A stretch of DNA of 64,000 bases from an uncultured Planctomycetia bacterium (GTDB taxonomy: Bacteria > Omnitrophota > Gorgyraeia > Tantalellales > Tantalellaceae): contig CAZGQR010000004.1 in assembly GCA_964527765.1 (NCBI GenBank), positions 83-64,082 on the forward strand, written 5' to 3'. Below the pieces are notes generated by a model, which saw only the letters and a list, made by a program, of their open reading frames with translations, was not told the DNA's origin and did not search any database. Made by a program: the position numbers and the translations under genes. Below are positions 12,236 to 20,125 of the stretch, piece by piece (positions within the stretch are counted from its first letter, which is position 1; every line of letters starts with the position of its first letter).

Positions 12236-12260
12236 AGCCCTCCGGGGTTAAGGCTTAACC

Positions 12261-13355
12261 ATGAGAATTGTAACCAGGTACATGCTTAAAGAGCTTGGGG
12301 GGCCGTTTTTGGCGTCACTGCTCATCTCGACGATCATACTTGCGGCCGGCAACATCATACAGACCGTGGATATGGTCATGAACAAAGGTGTTGAGCTTAT
12401 CCAGGTGATAAAGATATTCTGCCTGTTCCTTCCGTACGTTCTTATCTTTACCATTCCGATCTCCGTTCTTTCGGCAGTGCTTCTGGGGTTCGGCCGTCTG
12501 TCGAGCGACAATGAGGTGACAGCGCTCCGGACAAGCGGTGTAAGTATCTATAAAGTAGTATTGCCTGTCGTGCTCTGCGGGTTCATCATAAGCCTTTTAA
12601 GCGTTCCGCTGAACGACAGGATACTCCCGCAGTCCGAATTCGCGGCCAGGAAATTGCTGAAGAGAGTCGGGCTCAAACATCCCGCCGCGATGCTGGAACC
12701 GGGGGTCTTCGTCAAAGGGTTCAAGGATTATATTATTTTTATCCACGGTGTCAGGGGGAACAAGCTGGAGGATGTCCGCATATACCAGCCCAGGGAGGAC
12801 AAGCCTACGCGGACGATAGTGGCAAGAACGGGGGAGATAATACCGCTTCCGGAGAAGAACAGCGTAAAACTCAAACTTTCCGACGGTACGGCCGACGAGA
12901 TCGCTTCGGATAAGCCCGATGAGTTCTATAAACTTTCATTCAAGGATTATTATATGACCCTGAACCTGGAAGACGCCGTGGACACCGCGAATATCCAGAA
13001 GAAGGCCAGAGAGAAAAGCATAAAGGAACTCAGGGGTGATATCAGGAGCCTGAAGAAAAACGCTATCGACGTGATACCGCTGCGCATAGAACTTCATAAA
13101 AAGATCGCCCTTGCGTTCTCCAATCTTGTTTTTGTCCTTGTCGGCATACCTCTGGCCATAACCACCCATCGCCGGGAGAAGTTCGTGGGATTCGGGCTGG
13201 CAATAGTTCTGTTCCTTATATACTGGGGCATCATGCTCAGCGGCATAGCTTTCGCTATACGCGGCATTATCCCGCCGTGGGTCGGGGTATGGTCGGCCGA
13301 TGTCCTGCTGTTCGGGGCAGGGGCAGGCATGTTTTACCGCATCACCAGGTTGTAA
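12261..13355 (+). CDS. LptF/LptG-family LPS export permease (YjgP/YjgQ)
   Basis: 364 aa. N-terminus RYMLKELGGPFLASLLISTIIL, a large periplasmic loop and C-terminal TM helices give YjgP/YjgQ topology. Confidence 0.8.
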   Translation: MRIVTRYMLKELGGPFLASLLISTIILAAGNIIQTVDMVMNKGVELIQVIKIFCLFLPYVLIFTIPISVLSAVLLGFGRLSSDNEVTALRTSGVSIYKVVLPVVLCGFIISLLSVPLNDRILPQSEFAARKLLKRVGLKHPAAMLEPGVFVKGFKDYIIFIHGVRGNKLEDVRIYQPREDKPTRTIVARTGEIIPLPEKNSVKLKLSDGTADEIASDKPDEFYKLSFKDYYMTLNLEDAVDTANIQKKAREKSIKELRGDIRSLKKNAIDVIPLRIELHKKIALAFSNLVFVLVGIPLAITTHRREKFVGFGLAIVLFLIYWGIMLSGIAFAIRGIIPPWVGVWSADVLLFGAGAGMFYRITRL

Positions 13356-13369
13356 ATAGGCCTTGGATC

Positions 13370-14461
13370 ATGAGAATACTTGAAAAGTACGTTCTAAAAA
13401 GTTTTGTCGGGGCGTTTTTATTCTGCATCACGCTTCTTATAGTCCTGGGTGTCATAGGCGATATCCTGGGATTCCTTGACGATATTTTCAAACATAATAT
13501 CCCTCTTGCCAGTATCCTGTCCTTTTACTTTTACCTGGCGCCGTTCGCGTTCGTCAATATGGTCCCGTTCGCATGCCTGTTAAGCGCGGTGTACGTGTTC
13601 AACTCACTCAGCAAGAATCACGAAGTGACCGCCGTTATCGCCAGCGGGGTAAGCCTGTGGAAGCTCCTGCGGCCGGTTTTGCTCGTGACTTTCCTGCTTT
13701 GCCTGTTCACGTTCATAGTGAACGATAAATTCGTTCCTTCGTTCATGGAAAAGGCCAATCGCATCAGGCAGGAGGAGCTTGAGCACGACAAGGACAAGAA
13801 GGCTTTCGCCACGAAGGACCTGGCGATATACGGAAAAGGCGGTCAGATAATCTACGCCAAGTCGTTCACGCCCGCGACCGAAACCCTCCATAATGTGATC
13901 ATTCACCGGCAGGGCAAAGGTCATGTTATAGCCGAGAAGATAAGCGCGCGCGCCGTGAAATGGCAGGAAAAGGACGGGTCCTGGTTCGGGGAGGATGTTA
14001 TCGCTTTCAAGGTGGACCCCAAGGGGAATTTTAGCGGGGACCCCGAGATGCACAAGAGCAAAAAGATCTTTATCGGGGAGACCCCGAAAGATTTCGTTCA
14101 TAACCAGTGGGATCCCCGGTATATGAGTTACGGACAGCTCAAAAGATATCTGAAGATCTTCAGCGTCGGCTCGCCGTCCACGGTAAGACGGCTTTTGGTC
14201 GACCTTAATTACAAATTAGCTCTGCCCTTCACCGCCCTTATCACGGTGCTGGTGGGGGTTCCCTTCAGTATCGAGACCGGCCGGGCCAGCGCTCTCATAG
14301 GCATGGCCAAGGGCATCATGGTGGCCATATTGTATCTGCCGGTGATGGCTGTCAGCCTTGCGCTGGGTAAAGGCGGCATTCTTCCGCCCGTTGTATCGGC
14401 GTGGCTCAGCAACATATTATTCGCTTTTATAGGGATATATTACGTCAACCGCAAAAGCTAA
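13370..14461 (+). CDS. LptF/LptG-family LPS export permease, second paralogue
   Basis: Start at the ATG at 13370 (MRILEKYVLKSFVGAFLF), just after the upstream stop at 13353-13355. The listed 13277 start overlaps the previous gene. Same YjgP/YjgQ architecture. Confidence 0.8.
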   Translation: MRILEKYVLKSFVGAFLFCITLLIVLGVIGDILGFLDDIFKHNIPLASILSFYFYLAPFAFVNMVPFACLLSAVYVFNSLSKNHEVTAVIASGVSLWKLLRPVLLVTFLLCLFTFIVNDKFVPSFMEKANRIRQEELEHDKDKKAFATKDLAIYGKGGQIIYAKSFTPATETLHNVIIHRQGKGHVIAEKISARAVKWQEKDGSWFGEDVIAFKVDPKGNFSGDPEMHKSKKIFIGETPKDFVHNQWDPRYMSYGQLKRYLKIFSVGSPSTVRRLLVDLNYKLALPFTALITVLVGVPFSIETGRASALIGMAKGIMVAILYLPVMAVSLALGKGGILPPVVSAWLSNILFAFIGIYYVNRKS

Positions 14462-14468
14462 CCCGTCG

Positions 14469-15140
14469 TTATAAGGTTCTTGCCAGCGTGAACCCCGATA
14501 CCTCTCTTGCTCCGGCGCGGAGCAGTTCCGCGGCGCATGCGTTGAGCGTGGCTCCCGTCGTAACTATATCATCCACCAGCATTACGGATCTTCCTGTGAG
14601 CCGCAGACGTTCGGTGACGGTAAAGGAATTCTTCAGGTTATTGATCCGGCTTTTCCCTGAAAGGCCGATCTGAGGCGCGGTGTTCTTTGTTTTGACGAGG
14701 ATAGAGAATGAGACCGGGGACGAGAGCCGTTCGGATATTACGCCCGAGATAAGTTCCGACTGGTTGTATCCCCTTGAAAAACGCCGGTTCGGATGGATAG
14801 GGACAGGAATGACCAGATCGACGGGGGCGGGCAGGGTCCTGCTCCCGTCGAAGTATTTGCGGATCATATCTTCAAAGACCGGTAACAGCTGCTGTTTTCC
14901 GCAGTATTTAAATTTTTTTATGCATTCTCTTACCGGACCTTCATAGGGGCGGCAGGACCATATTTTGTTAAGGTGCTCCAATGACCGGACCGGGGGAGGG
15001 TCCCCGGACAGGATCAGGTCTTTACACCCCCGGCATATCGGCAGGGGATAAGTAGCCGGCCTTTCACCGCACGCGATGCAATCGGAAGGCAATAATATAC
15101 TTATACACGACTGCAGTATTTGTACCGTTTGGGATTTCAA
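14469..15140 (-). CDS. comF: ComF-family phosphoribosyltransferase (competence protein F-like); 5' end uncertain
   Basis: N-terminal paired CxxC zinc ribbon (CIACG....CRGCKD) and C-terminal PRTase motif VMLVDDIVTTGATL. The listed ORF extends to 15245 through the RAYT 3' end and a REP copy. The only in-frame start candidate before the zinc ribbon is a TTG at 15138-15140. Confidence 0.65.
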   Translation of the reverse strand: MKSQTVQILQSCISILLPSDCIACGERPATYPLPICRGCKDLILSGDPPPVRSLEHLNKIWSCRPYEGPVRECIKKFKYCGKQQLLPVFEDMIRKYFDGSRTLPAPVDLVIPVPIHPNRRFSRGYNQSELISGVISERLSSPVSFSILVKTKNTAPQIGLSGKSRINNLKNSFTVTERLRLTGRSVMLVDDIVTTGATLNACAAELLRAGAREVSGFTLARTL

Positions 15141-15679
15141 GATTGCAAGTGTCCCCTTTTTTGTTCTATGAAAGTGTCCCCTAATGGGATAAAAGAACAA
15201 TCCATTTTCATCGGGTCTAAAATGTGTCTTTTTGATAATAGACACCGTTCTCTATAGCTGCTCCATTTATAGTCCGCGGGATCGTTGACTATACTGGCTC
15301 TTACGGGATTATTTTCAATATAAGTGGCGGCATTTACCAGGTAACGTCCTTTTATGATAGGGTGGTTTTTGAAGCGCCCCTGCCACAGATGTCCGACCTT
15401 TTGGTATTTAGTATTATGATATTCCGTATAACCACGGGTAAGCCAGTGCATCAATTTGGATATATTTTTAGATATATTCGCTTCTATTAGTAGATGAACA
15501 TGATTTGGCATAAGGCAATAGGCATATAGCATGATTTCGTATTTTCGTTTTGCCTTTTTAAGCGTGTGAATGTATTTTTCATAGTCCTCGTCGAGAAAGA
15601 ACACCTCTTGTTTTTGATTACCTCGAGTTGTAATATGGTAGCAGGCACAATCAATAAAGATCCTTGAGCTTCTTGGCAT
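15137..15679 (-). CDS. REP-associated tyrosine transposase (RAYT, IS200/IS605-like HuH Y1 transposase)
   Basis: MPRSSRIF..YHITTRG N-terminus, HVHLL (HuH) motif and C-terminal catalytic Tyr context DYKWSSYRE. Start trimmed to the conserved MPR.. Met (listed ORF starts 3 codons earlier at 15688). Confidence 0.8.
   Translation of the reverse strand: MPRSSRIFIDCACYHITTRGNQKQEVFFLDEDYEKYIHTLKKAKRKYEIMLYAYCLMPNHVHLLIEANISKNISKLMHWLTRGYTEYHNTKYQKVGHLWQGRFKNHPIIKGRYLVNAATYIENNPVRASIVNDPADYKWSSYRERCLLSKRHILDPMKMDCSFIPLGDTFIEQKRGHLQS
15147..15181. repeat. REP copies (2x AAGTGTCCCC = reverse complement of GGGGACACTT)
   Basis: 15147-15156 and 15172-15181, inverted relative to the copies at 15742-15779. 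Confidence 0.6.
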
Positions 15680-15741
15680 AAAAATCACCTCTTACTACTA
15701 TAGACAACTTTTATCGTAAAATTGTTTCAAAAAATATTGCA

Positions 15742-15779
15742 GGGGGACAGTTTCACCCTTAAAAAGGGGGACACTTTGG
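15742..15779. repeat. REP copies (GGGGGACAGTTTCACCC and GGGGGACACTTTGG)
   Basis: G-rich REP-like motifs upstream of the RAYT gene. The same GGGGACACTTTG motif recurs at 63978-63989. Confidence 0.6.
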
Positions 15780-15957
15780 AGTTTAAATCCCCAAACGGTA
15801 CAAGATGGGGATAGACACCGGGTGAGGGCGGATTCTTTCACCCTGTCGAAAATCCCGTTATAGCCTTTTCCGAGAGGGTTCGCCCTGAATTGTCTTGATT
15901 TTATGTCTTAATAAGTTAAAATAAACCTGAGCGTCGATTTACGCGGGAGCGTTACCT

Positions 15958-16365
15958 ATGCAAAAGGAAAATCTGTTGAACCTTTCACTGTTGGTGCTGA
16001 GGATCGTACTGGGCGCGATCTTCGCGGCCTATGGCGCGCAAAAGCTTTTCGGCATGTTCAACGGTATCGGGCTGGAAGGAACGGTAAAAATGGTGGAGGG
16101 GCTTGGGATGGCCAACCCTTATTTGGTCGCGGTGGTCTGGTCCTGTATAGAGTTTATAGGAGGCATTTTTCTTATACTCGGAATATTGGCCAGGTGGTCC
16201 GCCGCGGCGATAGTTCTTACTGTCTTTGTGCATTTGTGGAAAGTCAGCGTCGTGTACGGGTCCTTTATTCACGGCGGCGGGATCGAATATAATCTTCTTA
16301 TTATAGGGTCCTGTGTGCCGCTTATTTTACTGGGCGGCGGCAGCTGGTCCGTGTGGGACGCATAA
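15958..16365 (+). CDS. DoxX-family membrane protein
   Basis: 135 aa. LLVLRIVLGAIFAAYGAQKLFG is the DoxX N-terminal signature, with 4 TM helices. Confidence 0.75.
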   Translation: MQKENLLNLSLLVLRIVLGAIFAAYGAQKLFGMFNGIGLEGTVKMVEGLGMANPYLVAVVWSCIEFIGGIFLILGILARWSAAAIVLTVFVHLWKVSVVYGSFIHGGGIEYNLLIIGSCVPLILLGGGSWSVWDA

Positions 16366-16445
16366 GGCTTGATTAGGCGGATTTGTTCTGATAAAATAGC
16401 GCGGAAAGAGAAGCTTATAACTTGCAAGAAAGAGAGGTGTTCGGA

Positions 16446-16631
16446 ATGAAAGCCGTAATAGACCATGAAACATGTATCGGTTGCGGTTTATGCGCGGAAG
16501 TGGCGCCTGAGGTGTATGAGATGCAGGGCGACAAAGCTGTCGCGAAGATGGATGAGATACCCGAAGACAAGGCAGAGGATGCCAAGAACGGCGCCGATCA
16601 GTGCCCCGTGACCGCTATCACTGTGTCATAA
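16446..16631 (+). CDS. Small 4Fe-4S ferredoxin
   Basis: Start at the ATG at 16446 behind AGAAAGAGAGGTG. CIGCGLCAEVAPEVYEM...DQCPVTAITV pattern of single-cluster ferredoxins. Confidence 0.75.
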   Translation: MKAVIDHETCIGCGLCAEVAPEVYEMQGDKAVAKMDEIPEDKAEDAKNGADQCPVTAITVS

Positions 16632-16662
16632 CAGCCCGTGGCGGTTTTTTGTTTTATCCTTT

Positions 16663-16709
16663 CCGACCCCTTTTCAAGGTCCTTTCGGTCCGGCTTTTTA
16701 AGGGGTCGG
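16663..16709 (+). other. Perfect 10-bp inverted repeat (CCGACCCCTT / AAGGGGTCGG) with a 27-nt loop
   Basis: Visible in the intergenic region after the ferredoxin gene. A GGTTTTTTGTTTT T-run lies just upstream at 16644-16656. Could be a terminator or regulatory hairpin. Confidence 0.35.
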
Positions 16710-16777
16710 CTTGTATTTTATCATTTGCGATCATTCGGTAGCATTTGATCACGATATGCGGATGCTGGGTGAATAAT

Positions 16778-17566
16778 ATGAGAATACGTCGAAAAGTATT
16801 AGTTGTTTCGGTGATATTGGCGGTCGCGGCTCTTTCGTTCTATCTTTTTTACATGCGCCCGAGGCGCGTGATACCGATACTTATGTACCATGCCGTGAGC
16901 GATGACAGAGACAGCACGCTGCACGTGACCCCGGAGAATTTTTCCCGCCAGATAGCGTTCCTGCATGAAAACGGCTACTCGGTGCTGTCGCTTGATGAGC
17001 TTGTCGAGGATATTAAGGGCGGGACCGGATTCGTCCCGAAAACCGTTGTTATCACGTTTGATGACGGTTATGAAGATAATTATCTGCATGCTTTCCCTGT
17101 CCTGGCAAAGTACGATATTCCCGCCACCATATTTTTGATCACGGATTACGTGGATAGTCGCGGGGGCTACTTGAAATGGGATCAGGTCCGCCTCATGATG
17201 AAGAACGGGATAGATTTCGGCGGGCATACGATGAGCGGCGCGTACCTTCCGTCGATAACCGATACCCAGCGTCTCTGGGAAGAAGTGGCCGGGTGCAAGA
17301 AGGAAATAGAGCTTAAGACCGGCAAGGAAGCCGGATATTTTTGTTATCCCACCGGCGGTTTTAACGAGAAGGTGAAAAACGCGGTAAAAAGAGCGGGATA
17401 CAAGGGTGCCTGCACGACCAACAGGGGTTTTGACAAACTTAACCGGGATGTATATGAATTGAACCGGGTCAAGGTAACGAATTCCGATACGAACAAGCCG
17501 TTCCATTTCAGGGCAAAATTATCCGGGTATTATAATATTTTCAGGGCATTTAAAAGCGGAGATTAG
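16778..17566 (+). CDS. Polysaccharide deacetylase (CE4/NodB-homology) family protein with N-terminal TM anchor
   Basis: ILMYHAVSDD....VVITFDDGYEDNY are NodB-domain motifs. Start at the ATG at 16778 (MRIRRKVLVV). Confidence 0.75.
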   Translation: MRIRRKVLVVSVILAVAALSFYLFYMRPRRVIPILMYHAVSDDRDSTLHVTPENFSRQIAFLHENGYSVLSLDELVEDIKGGTGFVPKTVVITFDDGYEDNYLHAFPVLAKYDIPATIFLITDYVDSRGGYLKWDQVRLMMKNGIDFGGHTMSGAYLPSITDTQRLWEEVAGCKKEIELKTGKEAGYFCYPTGGFNEKVKNAVKRAGYKGACTTNRGFDKLNRDVYELNRVKVTNSDTNKPFHFRAKLSGYYNIFRAFKSGD

Positions 17567-17569
17567 ATC

Positions 17570-18859
17570 ATGAAAAGAAACTTGAAGTACGATATCGGGT
17601 ATCTCGATGGATTTGTCTCGGACAAGGACCTGAAAAATGTGTTCAAGGAAGTCACGAAGGCGCACGAGCTTCTGGTAAAACGGAACGGTCCCGGGAAGGA
17701 TTTTCTCGGCTGGATGGACCTGCCGGAGGATACGGACGGGGGCCTTTTGGGGGATATAGAGGAAACGGCCGGCAAATTGAACCGCGCCTCGGATGCGGTC
17801 GTCATTATCGGAATAGGCGGTTCCTATCTCGGAGCCAGGGCGGCTATCGAGACCCTTGCTCCCGGCCTGACGGGAAGAAAGATCTTTTTCGCGGGACACA
17901 ACCTGTCCGGCGGTTATCTCGGGAGCCTTTTGGGCATACTGAAGGATAAGGATATCAGCGTTAATGTGATCTCAAAGTCCGGCACGACCACGGAAACGGC
18001 GATCGCCTTCAGGATCATTGAAAACTTCATGAAGGAAAAATACGGGTCAGGCAAGATCGCCGACAGGATAGTATGCACTACCGACAGCAGGAAGGGGGCC
18101 CTCAGGAGGATAGCGGATAGAGAGGGCTATAAGAGTTTTGTTATACCGGATGATGTAGGCGGCAGGTTTTCCGTCCTGACCCCGGTAGGGCTCCTGCCGA
18201 TCGCATGCGCGGGTATAAACATCAGGGATCTTATCGCCGGGGCGAAGGATGAGCGGAAATGTTCTTCCGACTGCGATCCCGGCAGCAACATGAGTTATAA
18301 ATATGCGGCCGTGCGCAACATCCTTTACCGGAAGGGCAAAAAGATCGAGATCCTCGCAAGTTTCAATAACAGGCTGCACTATGTCGATGAATGGTGGAAA
18401 CAGCTGTTCGGGGAAAGTGAGGGCAAGAACGGGCGCGGTATCTTTCCGGCTTCATGCGACTTTTCGACGGATCTCCATTCCATGGGCCAGTTGATCCAGG
18501 AAGGGGAGAGAAATCTTTTCGAAACATTCCTTATCATCGACGAAGAGGGGAAGGGATGCCCGATCCCGCGGGACGATGAGGACCTGGACAACCTGAATTA
18601 TCTGGCCGGCCGGCAGGTCGATTACGTCAACAGGAAGGCTTACGAAGCGACCGCCGAAGCGCATTTTGAGGGAGGCGTTCCCAATTCCACGGTCTCTCTT
18701 TCCGAGAGGTCGGCTTTTTGCCTGGGGCGGCTTTTTTATTTTTTCGAGAGAGCCGCGGCCGTTTCCGGGTACATGGCCGGGGTCAATCCGTTCGATCAGC
18801 CGGGAGTCGATTCCTATAAACGAAAGATGTTCAAGCTTCTGGGAAAACCCGGCGCTTAA
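17570..18859 (+). CDS. pgi: Glucose-6-phosphate isomerase
   Basis: 429 aa. IGIGGSYLGARAAIE SIS-domain signature and the C-terminal region are those of PGI. Confidence 0.85.
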   Translation: MKRNLKYDIGYLDGFVSDKDLKNVFKEVTKAHELLVKRNGPGKDFLGWMDLPEDTDGGLLGDIEETAGKLNRASDAVVIIGIGGSYLGARAAIETLAPGLTGRKIFFAGHNLSGGYLGSLLGILKDKDISVNVISKSGTTTETAIAFRIIENFMKEKYGSGKIADRIVCTTDSRKGALRRIADREGYKSFVIPDDVGGRFSVLTPVGLLPIACAGINIRDLIAGAKDERKCSSDCDPGSNMSYKYAAVRNILYRKGKKIEILASFNNRLHYVDEWWKQLFGESEGKNGRGIFPASCDFSTDLHSMGQLIQEGERNLFETFLIIDEEGKGCPIPRDDEDLDNLNYLAGRQVDYVNRKAYEATAEAHFEGGVPNSTVSLSERSAFCLGRLFYFFERAAAVSGYMAGVNPFDQPGVDSYKRKMFKLLGKPGA

Positions 18860-18862
18860 AAC

Positions 18863-19831
18863 TTGGAAGTCATGGAAATTCAATTTACCTTTTATACGAT
18901 AATAACGGCCATTATCAAACTTTTCATCCTGATGTCCGTCGGGTATGCCCTTTGCCGCCTGAAATTTATCGACGATAGATTTACCGATATGATGAGCCTG
19001 ATGCTCGTCCGCGTGGTATTCCCTGCGCTTATTATCTCAAAGACCGTAACTCATTTCAGCTTCGCGGAATATGATTACTGGTGGGTCCTGCCGCTTTGCG
19101 CCATCGTGTTCTGCCTGGCGGGGATGGCAATAGGAGCGTTCGTTTACCGTTTTTTGAGGGGGTTCGGGGCGCGGAGGGAGTTCATGTGCGCCTGCGGTTT
19201 TCAGAACTGCGGGTATCTCCCCATGAACCTGATATTGTTCTCTTTTGCGGGCATGATGAGGGACAGGCTGCTTATCTATATGTTCCTTTTCATACTGGGA
19301 TTTAATATCCTGATGTGGTCGCTCGTGCCTCTTTTTCTGTCCGGGAGACTTAAGAAGGGGTTCAGGTGGAGCGTGTTTTTAAACCCCCCGGTCGTTGCGA
19401 CCGTTTTTTCGCTTATCTGGGTGGCGATCCTGGGCAAAGGAAGCATGCCGCACCTGCTTGCGGATCCCCTAAAACAGCTCGGGCAGGCTGCGTTTCCGCT
19501 GGCAATGATCACCCTCGGCGCCTACCTTCACAGGTACCAGGCCTATAAGCCCCAGGATAAGGCGGCGCTTCTCAGCTGCGTAGTCACAAAGCTTTTTCTG
19601 TTCCCGATGCTCGTCCTGGCGGTGCTTATGTCGATACCCGTTCTCAGCCCCGATTACAGGTTTTTCCTGTTCCTGCAGAGCATGATGCCCTCTGCGGTGT
19701 CCCTGGTGGTCATCGGCAGTTACACGGGTTCCGATAACAGATTTTTCAGCAGCAGCGTGTTCTACACGCATTTTGTCGCGATCTTCAGCATTCCGCTCTG
19801 GCTGGCGGTTTTCAAGCTTTTTACCGGCTGA
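18863..19831 (+). CDS. AEC-family (auxin efflux carrier / malate permease-like) transporter
   Basis: 322 aa, about 10 TM helices. N-terminus YTIITAIIKLFILMSVGY typical of AEC/MleP-like permeases. Confidence 0.55.
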   Translation: MEVMEIQFTFYTIITAIIKLFILMSVGYALCRLKFIDDRFTDMMSLMLVRVVFPALIISKTVTHFSFAEYDYWWVLPLCAIVFCLAGMAIGAFVYRFLRGFGARREFMCACGFQNCGYLPMNLILFSFAGMMRDRLLIYMFLFILGFNILMWSLVPLFLSGRLKKGFRWSVFLNPPVVATVFSLIWVAILGKGSMPHLLADPLKQLGQAAFPLAMITLGAYLHRYQAYKPQDKAALLSCVVTKLFLFPMLVLAVLMSIPVLSPDYRFFLFLQSMMPSAVSLVVIGSYTGSDNRFFSSSVFYTHFVAIFSIPLWLAVFKLFTG

Positions 19832-19921
19832 TATGCTGAGGGCGTTCTTGACTTCTTGATATATATAGGGTATTTTCATTGTAAATCTGTATATGGTGTT
19901 TAAAGAAAGGGGACCACTGAT

Positions 19922-20107
19922 ATGGTATTTGGTGTTATACTTATAATAAGCGGTATATTGATCGCGTTGTATCCCCCGCTATTGGCGCTTATAGTAGCGG
20001 CATTGCTTATCTCTGCCGGGGTGTTACTGGTCGCCGTGGGGTACAGGTATAAGAGAATGTCCCGGCGGTTTGAAGACCCTTTTCTGGATTTTTTCATGAA
20101 ACTGTAA
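19922..20107 (+). CDS. DUF3096-like small membrane protein
   Basis: 61 aa, two TM helices (ILIISGILIALYPPLLALIVAALLISAGVLLVAVGY). Resembles the 46-aa ORF at 30683-30823. Confidence 0.45.
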   Translation: MVFGVILIISGILIALYPPLLALIVAALLISAGVLLVAVGYRYKRMSRRFEDPFLDFFMKL

Positions 20108-20125
20108 CAAATAAGGAGAATAGCC

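Larger units (their letters stand above)
15120..15803. mobile_element. RAYT-REP (BIME-like) unit 1, bounded by about 21-bp inverted repeats
   Basis: Outer inverted repeats TTGTACCGTTTGGGATTTCAA (15120-15140) and TTAAATCCCCAAACGGTACAA (15783-15803). Internal inverted REP copies (AAGTGTCCCC x2 on the left; GGGGACAGT / GGGGGACACTTTGG on the right) flank an IS200-like Y1 transposase gene. Confidence 0.6.

Noticed and set aside
12244-12258. Hairpin GGTTAAGGCTTAACC between pfkA and the first lptF/lptG-type permease (12261..13355) as a terminator
   Set aside because: A 6-bp stem with a 3-nt loop and no T-run, overlapping the RBS region. More likely incidental.
19848-19876. Candidate sigma70-like promoter upstream of the first DUF3096-like ORF (19922..20107) and the Lon-like protease gene
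   Set aside because: The -10 element (TATTTT at 19871-19876) is weak. Considered too speculative to list as a feature.
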